Part shown: positions 11,638-24,991 of the stretch, piece by piece | How the letters are laid out: every line of letters begins with the position of its first letter | Numbering within the stretch: the first letter of the stretch is position 1 | Source of the DNA: Paraspadella gotoi | Taxonomy: Eukaryota > Animalia > Chaetognatha | Direction: 5' to 3' | Assembly (NCBI GenBank): GCA_051294375.1 | Contig: CM119263.1 | Coordinates: 12,961,923-13,025,922, forward strand | DNA length: 64,000 nucleotides | Made by a program: the position numbers and the translations under genes | The notes under the pieces: generated by a model | Seen by the model: only the letters and a program-made list of their open reading frames with translations | Told to the model about the DNA's origin: nothing | Databases searched by the model: none

Positions 11638-14600
11638 CACCGACGAGTTTATTTTTACTAGACATAATACGTTTGCTTTTGCCAACAGGATGAATTAATA
11701 GGCGGAGTGAGAAATAGAAAGGACCAATGGATAAATAAAAAGTTTGAGCAAACAATGTCGGATCTGCCTTCGGATTGGATGTTCCATGAATGTTACAAAA
11801 AACTTTATTAATAAATAGAGAGAAAGAGAAACATAATTAATCATAACTAGATCATAACATTAAAAATCATAACAGATTTCTCAATTAATCCATTTAAAAA
11901 ATTATCAATCAATTATTTAACCATATTAACAATCAATCAATCAATTAATCAATCAATCAGAGATTTTGATTTTTAATTTAAACTCTTCTCCACTTCTACG
12001 ATTCCATCAAAAATTTATAACCATCTTATGCACATACTTTCTTTCCCATACACAAAATTTCACTTCAATTTATCAATCCGATTTTTAATAAATATAATAA
12101 TTATGAGTAAAAGAATTTAAGTAAATGAGACTTTTTGTTTAAAAAAAACGATTTCGTTATTTTATCAAAATATGGGGCCGCTTCTCCTTCCTTCTCTTTT
12201 CATCTATATACTGATTTCCTTCACTTTTCTCGTAATCATTAATCTAATTCCTTAATCTAATAAATATTCACTAAATAAAAAAGTATACGAACAATACAAA
12301 AATACAATAAAAACTTGTGTCTTGTCATACAAGAAAAATGACACCACAAATCTGAGCGTATTATTAGTGTATTAGTGTATCAATATTACTATTATTATTT
12401 TTATTACTATTATTATTTTCATAATTTTCGCTCGCGAAATCCACTACAAACTTGGTTTGTGGTCGCCTCCGATCATTATTGCCTCCAATGCCAGTGGTAT
12501 TTCAGTCTCCTGCATATTGAAGACCATTTTTGTCGCCCCCAGCCGCCACAATTGACGTTTCTTGTCTCCCCGCTGGTCATTCTGGATCGTTCTTGTCCTT
12601 GGTTCTACCGCTCAGGCCGTTTTGCTCTCCCTTCATCCCTCCTTGCTCCAATCGCCGAAGCCATTTTCAGTCCCCCCCCCTCCGCCCTTTTTTTTTGCCC
12701 CAATCGCTTCCGCCTCATTTTCCCTTCCATTTATGTAATCCTCGTCGTCATTCCTCAGATCGCCGTCGCTGTCATCCTGGTCATCCTGGTCATCCTGGTC
12801 ATCGTGGTTGGCTGGTCGCTCTCGTTTTGGTAGACAATCCAAACCTCTTGATCGATTGTCGCATCTCTGCGACTTTTTCCTTCGTCTTATTTTCTTCTCT
12901 CTTTTTATATTCTCTTTTTCTTTTTTAGCATCTTCCCATTAATTCCCCTTTTTCTTTCCCCGCGCCCCTCTCCCCTTACCGTCTCTCTTTTCTTCAACAA
13001 GGCGGAAAACTAGAATACAACCGTTTTTTTATTCTATCACTTTTTGTTATTGTTTTATGTTTTTCATTTTCATTTTTTTATGATTTTTTTTTTTGAATTT
13101 CTCCTTTTTAATTCTATATTTTTATTTTATTTTTTGTTTCGTGTCTTTTTTAACTTCGCTTGCGTTATTTTATCCATTTTTTTTTAGTTTCAGTTACAGA
13201 GTGGGATTAAAAAATCAGTAAAAATATTCTAATATCACTCTCTTTAGACCCAGGTCGCTATTTAATAAATTTATTTTAAAAAAATAAATTGAATCTTTTT
13301 TTTTTTACTGAAAACATATGCCGACTTCATAAGATCTGTGACCGAATATAACTTTCTTAGGTTGTTCATGTTTGTAGCCAAAATAAACATTTATATACCT
13401 ACCTAATGTTTTTTTTTATTTCGGTTTAATTTCGACTTCTCCTGACCCCACGGGGCTTCTCCGGGTTGCGCTTGTTTTGCCCCCGGTGTTTTGGTGGCCT
13501 TGAACACGCCGCCACGTGACCGAGAAAATGGGGGAAGAGGGAAGAATTCAGAAAAGATGGCGCCACGCTCACCGAGACGCGCCGCTACGTCGTCGCAACA
13601 GATAACCGATAACCATTAGGTCTTAGTGAAAATCATATTGATACGATTAAATGGACGAAATGATCAAATAAAGCAGAATTGTGAATCACAAATAAGGATA
13701 AATCGATACCACAATGTTGCTAGTTGTCATCCTAGCAGGCGTAACATGTCCTGTTCCTACCCCAAATATATATTGGGTTCAGTCACTATGCGAATATCGG
13801 TGTTGTTGAGGTGAAAATCTCTCAAGATTTCGCGAAATCGAGTTATGTTTTTCTTTTTTTTCTTTTTTATGCAACGGGGAATTTTCGTCTCCTGGTTCTC
13901 ATTGGGTAAAACAGTGCTAGTCATTCCCACGTAACAGTTGACTTGCTGAGGCTATTTTATTGTTAAATTGGTAGATTCGATTTTATTAGACTTAATAAGG
14001 TCAAACTGTCACTAAAACTGTCACTAAAACTAGTTCGAGGATGATTTCCGTTAGTGACGTAGAAGCGAATCAAAGGTTAAAGGTAAAACATAACGCGGTC
14101 GCGTGACGCCCTCGAAAATGGGATAACATTTGAAATTTAGGGTGAGTGGGTAGTAGAGCGTAGTGAAAGTCACATATGAAAATTCTAATGGTCATTTATG
14201 GACAAGTACCACCGGTGACATTAATTTTTTTTAAAAAATTAGTTTTTATAATTTTGCAGTAGGCTATATTTATATATGGTACTATCCTTAAATATCCTAA
14301 ATTTCAAAATGGACTTTTCTTAATTTTTATGGCAGATTTAAATTCCTTGTCAAAAGTTGATAAAAGATTTTAAGATTTTTAAAAATTATTTCATTAAGAA
14401 GGTTAAAAATTAAAAAAATATATATTTTAATTTACAAAAAATAATTTTCCAGCTTAAAAAATAGGTTTTTCCGTTTTTTGACCAACTAAATGAAAAGATT
14501 TTTTAAAAAAATATTATAATTTCTTTTTATCAACTTTTATGACGAATCCAAATCTGCAAAAAAATCTTATAAAAAAAAAAATTTTTGAAATTTAACATTT

Positions 14601-16295
14601 ATAGGCTTAGACTTAATACCTACTGCGAAAATTGCAAAATTATAATAAAATTATGATAAATTTAATTTCATAATGGAGAAGGCCGTGCGAGTACAAAAAA
14701 AAATATTTTTTTTGCCAGATATTTAGACTTAATTTTCAATTTCAGTGGTATCAAATTAAAAAAAAATTTTATACATTAATGTTTCATTGGTACAACTTTG
14801 TTCATTCTCTACTTTTGTAATTTTAATTTAAGTTAAATTTAGGCTTTTTACTATGCTTCAGTGGGTAGTGAGCAACGATGGTGGCGCGTCGAAGTTGTGA
14901 AAGCCACTCGACTGGAGAACTGATGATTATTTTGAGGCGGAAAGAGGAAGATAAGAGTTCGTTACAACAAGAGACATTGTTATCCATAGTTCGGCTACAG
15001 AAATTCTTTTTGGCAGCTTGGAAAGATATTTTTTTTATCAGTGTTTTGACAAGAAAGATCACGGGAGGTAGTTTGGCGAGAGAGAGATTACTGCCAGCGG
15101 GGAATATGCATGAGGGATGTGAGATTCGAGATTTAGAAAACGGGATGGGTGAGGAAGAATTTTTGAAAGTAGGGCGGTGGAAAGCGAGAGAGCGGAATGG
15201 AGAAGAGGTTTGAGAAGAGGGAAGGAAGGAGAGTTAAAAAGAAAAAAGAGAAGTGACTCTATCATGGAAGAGGGAGGAATGCGAAAAAGTGGAAACTCGT
15301 TTTGAGCGAATGCGAGTGGGAGGCGTGGGCGGCGGGGAGTGGAAGCGACTCGGAGATAAGCGAAGTTTGTTGGGCCGAAAGAAGAAGAATAAGGAGATGA
15401 AGAAGAAGATAAAGAAGAAGATAAAGAAGAAGCCGATAAGTAAATTACTTTTAAATCGTCGCCTTCTACGCGAAGAGGGTTTTTCTCGTCGTCGGTTTCG
15501 TCGTTGTCGACTTCCTTCTCATTATCATCTTCGTGGTCGTGAACCTCTTTAAAGTCGACGTCGTCGTTGTTGTCGTCATCGTCGTCTCTTTTGCATTAAA
15601 GTACTTTTAGGGAATTCAAAATATCCTAAAACTATTTCTTGACTCTGTATGAAGACTGAAGAGGCTTGAAGAGGCTCGGTCAAAGGTTATTTTTCTTTCC
15701 GACGTTCCGAAGCAACAAATGCATTAATTCAACCAGAAGTAAATTGAGAACAATTAGGCGATTTAAAAGATGGAAATAAAATGAAAAAAGCGGAAAAAAG
15801 ATTTAGAAGATTGAAATTTAAAAAAAAAAATAAGACTGCTCTGAAATGCGAGTTTTATGTAACTTCCACTAAATATAAATGAGAGAAAATATTAATGTAT
15901 AGATATTCTTTCATATCTTTCATATCTTTCATATCTTTCGCATCGAGTGAACCATACTTTTTGTTTGATTTATGTTAATTCTTTTATTATCATCGACCAA
16001 TTGGCGAATTTTTCTCGTTGACTTTTCGCACCCTTTTTTTCCTCAGTCACAGATAACAAGTCTCACACTTCCTTCGATCCATTCTGCCCTTTCGCTCCGA
16101 TTCCCCCGCTTCTCCTTTCCCAGTTTTTTCCATTGTGTGACCACATGTCTTTTCAATCCTTTTTGTTAGCGAAGAGATGGCGCCTTCTAGAGAATCGGAT
16201 GGCAGAAGAAAAAAAGAAAGAAAAACACAGAAGCTCAATATTTGTTGCGTCGCTTTTAGAGTCGCCATAAAGCAGAGAGAGAGAGAGAGAGAGAG
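11638..16295 (+). repeat. 4.66-kb segment, copy 1 of a tandem duplication
   Basis: Starts CACCGACGAGTTTATTTTTAC and ends GTCGCCATAAAGCAG(AG)n. Colinear with 16296-21040. Confidence 0.95.
14154..14860 (+). mobile_element. Foldback-type MITE, hAT-like, 8-bp TSD GTGGGTAG
   Basis: TSD GTGGGTAG at 14146-14153 and 14861-14868. Termini are TAGAGCGTAGTGAAA and TTTACTATGCTTCA, with long internal inverted arms. Homologous to 38134-38744 in reverse orientation. Confidence 0.85.
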
Positions 16296-19200
16296 CACCG
16301 ACGAGTTTATTTTTACCTAGACATAATACGTTTGCTTTGCCAACAGGATGATTAATAGCGGGTGAGGAAATAAAAGGACCATTATGGATAAATAAAAGTT
16401 TGAGCAAACAATGTCGATCTGCCTTCGATTGGATGTTCCATGAATGTTAGCAAAAAACTTTAAATTTTTAATAAATAGAGAGAAAGAGAAACATAATTAA
16501 TCATAACTAGATCATAACATTAAAAATCATAAAGATTTCTCATATTAATCCATTTAAAATAATCACATCATATTTAAACCATATTAACAATCAATCAATC
16601 AATTAATCAATCAATAGAGATTTTGATTTTTAATTTAAACTCTTCTCCACTCTACGATTCCATCAAAAATGTATTAACCATCTTAAATGCACATACTTTC
16701 TTTCCCATAACACAAAATTTCAACTTCAATTTATCAATCCGATTTTTAATAAATATAAATAATTATGAAGTAAAAAGAATTTAAGTAAATGAGACTTTTT
16801 GTTTAAAAAAAACGATTTCGTTATTTTATCAAATATGGGGCCGCTTCTCCTTCCTCTCTTTCATCTATATACTGATTTTCCTTCACTTTTCTCGTAATCA
16901 TTAATGCTAATCCTAATCTAATAAATATTCACAAATAAAAAAGTAATACGAACAATACAAAATTACAATAAAAACTTTGTGTCTTGTCATACAAGAAAAA
17001 ATGAACACCAACAAATCTGAGCGTATTATTAGTGATTAGTGTATACCAATTACTAAATTATTATTTTTTATTACTATTATTATTTTCAATAATTTCGCTC
17101 GCGAAATCCACTACAAACTTGGTTTGTGGTCGCCTCGCGATGATTATTTTGGCCCTCCAATGCCAGTGGTTTTCAGTCTCCCATGCATATTTGAAGACCA
17201 TTTCTTGTCGCCCCCAGGCCGCCACAAATTGACGTTTCCTTGTCTCCCCGCTGGTCATTCTTGGATCGTTCCTTGTCCTGGTTCTACCGCTCAGGCGTTT
17301 TGCTCTCCCTTCATCCCTCTTGCTCCAAATCGCCGAAGCCATTTTCAGTCCCCCCCCTCCCGCCTTTTTTTTTTTTGCCCCATCGTTTCCGGCCTCATTT
17401 TCCTCATTTTGGTCCTCAGTCGTCATTCTCAGATCGCTGTCGCTGTCATCGTGGGTCATGACTGGTCATCGTGGTCATCGTGGTCATCGTGGTTGGCTGG
17501 TCGCTCTCGTTTTGGTAGACAATCCAAACCTCTTGTATCGATTGTCGCATCTCTGCGACTTTTTCTCGTCTTATTTTCTTCTCTCTTTTTATAGATTCTC
17601 TTTTTCTTTTTAGCATCTTCCCTTTAATTCCCCTTTTTCTTTTCCACGCGCCCCTCTCCCCTTACGTCTCTCTTTTCTTCAACAAGCGAAAACTTAGAAT
17701 ACAACCGTTTTTTTTTATTCTATCACTTTTGTTATTGTTTTAATGCTTTTCAAATTTTCATTTTTTTTTATGATCTTTTTTTGAATTTCCTCCTTTTTAT
17801 TCTAAATATTTTTATTTTAATTTTTGTTTTGTGTCTTTTTTAACTTCGGCTTGCGTTATTTTATCATTTTTTTTTAGTTTCAGTTAGCAGAGTGGGATTA
17901 AAAAATCAGTAAAAATAGTTCTAAATATCACTCCTTTTTAGACCCAGTTCCGCTATTTAATAAATTTCTTTTAAAAATTACTTGAAATCAATTTTTTTTT
18001 ATGGAAACATATGCCGACTTCATTGATCTGTGACCGATATATAACTTTCTTCTTAGATTTTTCATGTTTGTAGCAAAAATAAAACATTTATAATACCTAC
18101 TATGTTTTTTTTATTTGCGTTTAATTTCGACTTCTCTGACCCAGGGCTTTCTCCGGTTGCGCTGTTTTGCCCCGGTGTTTTGGTGGCCTGACCACGCCGC
18201 CACGTGACCGAGAAAATGGGGGAAAGAGGAAGAATTCCAGAAAAGATGGCGCACGCTCAACGAGACGCGGCCCGCTAAGTCGTCGCAACAGATAACCGAT
18301 AACCATTAGGTCCTTAGTGAAAATCATATTGATGCGATTAAATGGACGAAATGACAAATAAAGCAGAATTGGTGAATCACATAATAAAGGACAATTCGAT
18401 ACACAAGTTGCTAGTTGTCATCCTAGCAGGCGTAACCAATGTCCTGTTTCCTAACCCCAAATATATATTTGGGTTCAGTCACTAATTGCGAATATCGTGT
18501 TGTTGAGGTGAAAATCTCTCAAGATATTCGCGAAATCGAGTTATGTTTTTCTTTTTTTTTTTTTATGCAATCGGGGAAATTTTCGTCTCTGGTTCTCAAT
18601 TGGGTAAAACAGCTCTTAGCCATTCCTCACGTAACAGGTTGACTTGCCTGAGGCTATTTTATTGTTAATTGGTAGAGATTCCGATTTTTATTAGACTTAA
18701 TAAAGGTCAAACTGTCACTAAAACTGTCCACTAAAACTAGTTCGAGGATGATTTCCGTTAGTGGACGTAGAAGCGAATCAAAGGTTAATTGTAAAACATA
18801 ACGCGGTTCGCGTGACGCCCTCTGAAAATGGGAATAACATTTGAAATTTAGGGTGAGTGGGTAGTAGAGCCGTAGTGAAAGTCACATTGAAAAATTCTAA
18901 TGGTCATTTATGGACAAGTACCACCGGTGACATTAATTTTTTTTAAAAAATTAAGTTTTTATAATTTTGCAGTAGGCTAATATTTATATATGTACTATCC
19001 TTAAATATCCTAAATTTCAAAATGGACTTTTCTTAATTTTTATGGCAGATTTAAATTCCTTGTCAAAAGTTTGATAAAAGAATTTTAAGATTTTTTAAAA
19101 ATTATTTCATTAAGAAGGTTAAAAATTAAAAAAATATATATTTTAATTTACAAAAAATAATTTTCCAGCTTAAAAAATAGGTTTTTCCGTTTTTTGAACC

Positions 19201-21037
19201 ACTAAATGAAAAGATTTTTCTAAAAAAATATTATAATTTCTTTTTTATCAACTTTTTATGACGAATCCAAATCTGCAAAAAAATTTATAAAAAAAAAAAT
19301 TTTTGAAATTTAAACATTTATAGGCTTAGACTTAATACCTAACTGCGAAATTGCAAAATTATAATAAAATTAATGAAATAACATTTAATTTCATAATGGA
19401 GAAGGCCCGTGCGAGTACAAAAAAAAATATTTTTTTTTGCCAGATATTTAGACTTTAATTTTTCAATTTCAGTGGTATCATTAAAAAAAAATTTTATACA
19501 TTAATGTTTCATTGGTACAACTTTGTTCATTCTCTACTTTTGTAATTTTAATTTAAAGTTAAATTTTAAAAGGCCTTTTTACTATGCTTCAGTGGGTAGT
19601 GAGCAACGATGGTGGCGCGTCGAAGTTGTGAAAGCCACTCGACTGGAAGAACTGATGATTATTTTGAGGCGGAAAGAGGAAGATAAGAGTTCGTTACAAC
19701 AAGAGACATTGTTATCCATATTTTGGCCTAACAGAAATTTTTTTGGAGCCTTGGAAAGATATTTTTTTTAATAGTGTTTTGACAAGAAAAGATCACGGGA
19801 GGTAGTTTGCGAGAGAGAGATTTGCCAGCGGGGATATGCATGAGGGATGTGAGATTCGAGATTTAGAAAACGTGAATGGTGAAGGAAGAATTTTGAAAGT
19901 AGGGGCGGTGGAAAGCGAGAAGAGCGGAATGGAAGAAAGAGGTTGAGAAGAAGGGAGGAAGGGAGAGTTAAAGAGAAAAAAAGAGTGAGTCCTATTAAGG
20001 AAGAGGAGGAATGCGAACAAGTGGAAAACTCGTTTTGAGCGAAATGCGAAGTGGAGGCCGTGGGCGGGCGGGAGTGGAAGCGACTCGGAGTGAAGCGAAG
20101 TTTGTTGGGCCGAAAGAAGAAGAATAAGGAAGATGAGAAGAAGATAAAGAAGAAGAATAAAGAAGAAGCCGATAAGTAAATTACTTTTAACATCGTCGCC
20201 TCTAACGCGAAGAGGGTTTTTCTCGTGCGTCGTTCGTCGTTGTCGACTTCCTTCTCATGTATCATCTTCGTGGGTCGTGTTAACCTCTTTAAAGTCGACG
20301 TCCGTCGTTGTTGTCGTCATCGTCGTCTCTTTTGCCATTAAAGTACTTTAGGGAATTAAAATATCTAAAAACTATTTCTTGACTCTGCTATGAAGACTGA
20401 AGAGGCTTTGAAGAGGCTGCGTCAATAGGTTTTATTTTTCTTTCCGACGTTCCGAAAGCAACAAATGCATTAATTCCAAACCAGAAGTAAATTTGAGAAC
20501 AATTAGGCGATTTAAAAAATGGAAATAAAATGAAAAAAAGGGGAAAAAAGATTTAGAAGATGAAATTTAAAAAAAAAATAAGAACTGCTCTGAAATTGCG
20601 AGTTTTTATGTAACTTCCTAAATATAATGAGAGAAAATATTAATGTATAGATATCCTTGTCATATCTTTCAATATCTTTCATATCTTTTTCGCATCGAGT
20701 GAACATACTTTTGTCTTTTGATTTAAAATGTTATTCTTTTTATTATCATCGACCAATTGGCGAATTTTTTCCGTTGACTTTTCCGCACCCCTTTTTTTCC
20801 CTCAGTCACAGATTAACAAGTCTCCACTTCTTCGATCCATTCTGCCCTTTCGCTCCGATCCCCCGCCTTCTCCTTTCCAGTTTTTTCCATTGTGTGACCA
20901 CATGTCTTTTTCAATCCTTTTGTTAAGCGAAGAGATGGCGCCTTCTAGAGAATCGGATGGCAGAATGAAGAAAAAAAGAAAGAAAAACACAGAAAGCTCA
21001 ATATTTGTTGCGGTCGCTTTTAGAGTCGCCATAAAGC

Positions 21038-21040
<3 letters not shown>
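16296..21040 (+). repeat. Copy 2 of the 4.66-kb tandem duplication (indel-rich, probable gap-fill artefact)
   Basis: Same start and end motifs as copy 1. Differences are mostly 1-nt insertions. It ends in AG-rich sequence and a 25-N gap at 21152-21176. Confidence 0.93.
18865..19591 (+). mobile_element. Duplicate of the 14154-14860 MITE inside duplication copy 2
   Basis: Same TSD and flanks, so it is the same insertion event duplicated. Confidence 0.8.
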
Positions 21041-21080
<40 letters not shown>

Positions 21081-21234
21081 AAAGAGGGAGGAAAGAGAAA
21101 AGAGGGAAGAGAGAGAAAAGATAGAGCGCGAAAGAGAGTGAGAGAGGGAGANNNNNNNNNNNNNNNNNNNNNNNNNAGAGAGAGACAGTATGAAAGAGTG
21201 AAAATAAAAATACAGAAAAAAAGAAAGAAGAAAA

Positions 21235-21236
21235 TA

Positions 21237-21280
<44 letters not shown>

Positions 21281-21348
21281 AAAAAAGAAAGGGAAAAAAA
21301 AGAAAGAAAGAAAAAAAGAAAGAAAGAAAGAAAGATAGAAAGAAAGAT

Positions 21349-21383
<35 letters not shown>

Positions 21384-21387
21384 ATGA

Positions 21388-21423
<36 letters not shown>

Positions 21424-21424
21424 A
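21235..21424. repeat. (AAAG)n imperfect microsatellite
   Basis: Direct inspection. Confidence 0.93.
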
Positions 21425-21485
21425 ATAGTTTATAAGATTTCTTTAAAAACAAAAGGCTGCGCTAGTAGAGGTTTTTTCCTGTTTT

Positions 21486-21637
21486 AACAAATGAGCAACG
21501 GACTATAGGCAAGTTATTAGCGTTCTCAACGTAAGTGGGACAGACCGACGGACAGACATACCGACAGACCGACCGACAGACCGACCGATAAGTGACTTAA
21601 AGAGTGGCTCCGCGAGTACTCGGGGCGCAACTAAAAA
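21486..21637 (+). mobile_element. Short Helentron/DINE-1-like (HINE-type) non-autonomous element
   Basis: Starts TTTT|AACAA and has an internal (GACA/GACC/GACG)n tetranucleotide tract at 21538-21588. A GC-rich subterminal hairpin AGTGGCTCCGCGAGTACTCGGGGCGCAACT is followed by AAAAA. No TSD. Confidence 0.55.
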
Positions 21638-22202
21638 CGCAATGGTTAAAGGTCCGCATATTTGCTGGATGAGCGGTCAATAGAAGTTTTCGGCCCAATT
21701 GCAATGAGTGGCGACTGAGATCTGATACTGAGATGAAAAGCAACAACAAAAATGAAAGCATCAGAATCGAAGATATAAACAACGGTGCTGTTTTCCATTC
21801 AGTACTGACTGATACACACTGTGGTTACAGTTTTTTTATTCTTTTCTTTTTTTCTTCTTTTTTCCTTCTGTCTCGCGAAGCGAAACGGAAAATGCAAAAT
21901 AATTTTTTTTTTAATAATCAATGAGTTTGGCATCTTGGTGTCCCTGAAACAAACAAGAATCAGATTCTAAGAAACATCAACTTCAACGACAGAGACAGCC
22001 GCAGCCTTTGAATATGCACAGCACAATTCTCATAAACATTGAAACGAAAGCAAACAAACGAAAACTATTGCGGAGACAAACGGTGAGAAAAAAAAGCGGG
22101 GAATTAAAAAAGAGAAAGAGAAAAACAATCAATACGAATAAATCAGGAAAATCAGGAAAAAAACGAAGAGCGATTCATGCAAATTCCGAGTTCTGACGTT
22201 GG

Positions 22203-22308
<106 letters not shown>

Positions 22309-22983
22309 CATTCCTCAACTTATTTAATCGACATAAATTTATCACCTTCGGTCATTTGTAATTCTCATTCTCACAGTGAGTTTAAAAACTTTAAATATCC
22401 AAAAGTATACAAATTTTAGTCATTCAAATCAAACATACTCAAACAATAAACTTTATATTCAGTAACGACTCCAGTAGACGCTTCTTCATTTCAATATATT
22501 CATTATTGTTTCTAAAAAATAATATTATTAAATAGATTATAATTTTAGTTATTTTTCCGATTATTATTGTTCTATTGTTCTATTGTTAAAATCTATCGTT
22601 GTTCAATCCAAATATTTTCTCACCTAATTATTATTGTTCGATATTTATTTTAATCATTTAATAATTCATACTATTGTTACCGTTTTATCAATAATATACC
22701 CGAGGAATTGACTGACTTCCTCGAACCTCACCTTCACAGTGAGCCGGTTGCCGAAGCCTCTTTACTCCCACTCGCTTTCACTTCCGCCGAAGACAAAACA
22801 TTTCTTTTTCATTTCCTTTTCGACAAAAAAAGAAAAAAAAAAGAAGAGGCTTCAGTTCGAAACCAAAATGGTTTTTGAAACAAACAAGAATTGAAAAGCG
22901 TCTATCGTTGGTGAAAAGATGGATTTTGTCGTCGGAAACAAAGAGAAGACGCGAAAACAAACGACGACGAAGAGGAAGAAAAA

Positions 22984-23011
22984 GACGACGACGACGACGA
23001 CGACGACGACG
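22984..23011. repeat. (GAC)n microsatellite
   Basis: Direct inspection. Confidence 0.9.
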
Positions 23012-24901
23012 GCGAAGACGGTGACGAAGGACGGAGCCGACGAAAACGTCACGGCCGACTTGAAAAATCAATTTATGAAAAGTTCTCAGTCCTCGCCTTC
23101 CCCCCATCTTTCAATCTTCTCGTCTTCTCGTCTTCTCCTCTTTGATTTTTTTGTCAAGGCGGGGAAGAGAGAGTGAGAGAGAGAGTAGAGAGAGAGAGAG
23201 AGAGAGATATGAGAGAGAGAGAGAGAGACGAAGGAGAGAGAGAGAAGAGAGAGAGAGAGAGAACGAGAGCGAGAGAGAGAGAAAGAGTGAAAGAGATGCA
23301 GATAGTAGTCACTCCAGTTCTAGTTATTTCGTTTCCCATTTCGCAAATTGCTAAAAAACAAAAGACAAAACAAAATTGCTCCTTTGCTATTTTGAAGTTT
23401 TGTTTTTGTACTTTTTGCTTTTCACCTTTTTTTCCCATTCAGTTCTCGAATTCGAGAGAGTCTTTTGCCTCAACTATTTTCCCTCTTCATTTTTCAAGTG
23501 AGTGGAACCGAACGATTTCAAAATAAAAAAAATAATTTTTTTTTCTTGAAATATATTTATTTCTTAACTTTTGAACTTTTGTATTTCGAAGTGAGAAGTT
23601 TCTTTTTTTTTTAGTCACAAATTTTCATTTTCAAAGAAAAAACTAACGTTTAAACCGCTACGTTTAAACGTTTAAACTTTAACAACGACAGCTTTACTAA
23701 CTAAACCCCAATGACTTTGGTCCTGAGTAGATAAATTGTCTATCACCCCTTTTAAGTCGAATATAAAACATTCGGCGGAAGACACCCCCCCTCCGCGCCA
23801 ACCATCGCGTCTTTTGACGATGCGACGTCGCTTCGAAACGAACGTCATTTGGCGCCGGCCTTTGGGCGTCGCGCCAACTTCCGGGGAGTTCGGTTGGGAC
23901 AAATAAGGGAAATGGAACCCGAGAGACGAGCGCAAACAAAATCCAGCCGAAAAAAAAAAATGGAAAAAGATAAATAAGGAAAAAAAAAGAGAGAGAAATG
24001 AAAAAATACTAAAAGGGAGAAAAAAAAAGGCGAGGTCTTTCATCAGCATTCTGCCCGCGCGGAGAAGGAGGCAAATATGAGGCAAATATGAGGCGGAAGA
24101 GTGGGAGAGTCTGGAGAGTAAATGGGTCTACTCGGAGAGGTGGGTGGAAGGTAGGGCGGGTAGGGCGGGTCGAAAAGGAGACGAAGACCCAAAGCGGAAA
24201 GGAATTCGACCCAAAGAAACTCGATGAAAATAATCGCGGTTCCCGAATGAAAGGATAAAAAAAAAGGGAAAATGAGAGGATACGAGGAGGACGATAAGGT
24301 CGAGTCCCGTGGGAACGAAGGTTGCCTGCTCGTCGAGAATTAACCGGAAGGCGGCGACGGACGATTGGAGATCGCGGATTCCATCTCAGATTCAGGGGGG
24401 GAGATTTGTCTCTCTGCGATCAATGTTAGCTTCTGGAGGAAATACGTATATATATATATACGTTATATATATATTTAATTTTTATATATATATATCGTTT
24501 TATTGTTCGTTACAACTATCGTTTTATTGATAAAAAACGTTTTCAAAATCGGAAAATTATGACATCTTTGTGTAATTTTATGCTTTTTTCGTAAAGAAAA
24601 AGCTTGACTTCGTATTTAGGCTCAATATAGATTTGAGAAAAGTTATAAATGGACAATTGAAGTTAGTATATTTAAAGTCACTGACAATTTTTGAAGTATT
24701 GTCTGTAAAGTGAAACTAAATGCAATGATATCTGCTGTGATTTTACGGTAAATAAATAAGGAATTGTAACTCTTATTAGACGTCTAAAGAAGACGTCAAC
24801 GTCTAAAGAATTGCCCATTTTGTTCAGATACATTTTGAAGCGGAAGTGCTTTCTTTTGCGGAATGAATGAAAATGAACTTAATTGCTCGATATCTAACCC
24901 T

Positions 24902-24991
<90 letters not shown>

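Noticed and set aside
12375-12928. Overlapping ORFs around the (GTCATCCTG)n repeat
   Set aside because: Low complexity, frames are not preserved in the second copy, and no recognisable domain.
18865-19591. Third independent MITE insertion
   Set aside because: Identical TSD and flanks to 14154-14860, so it is part of the larger duplication.
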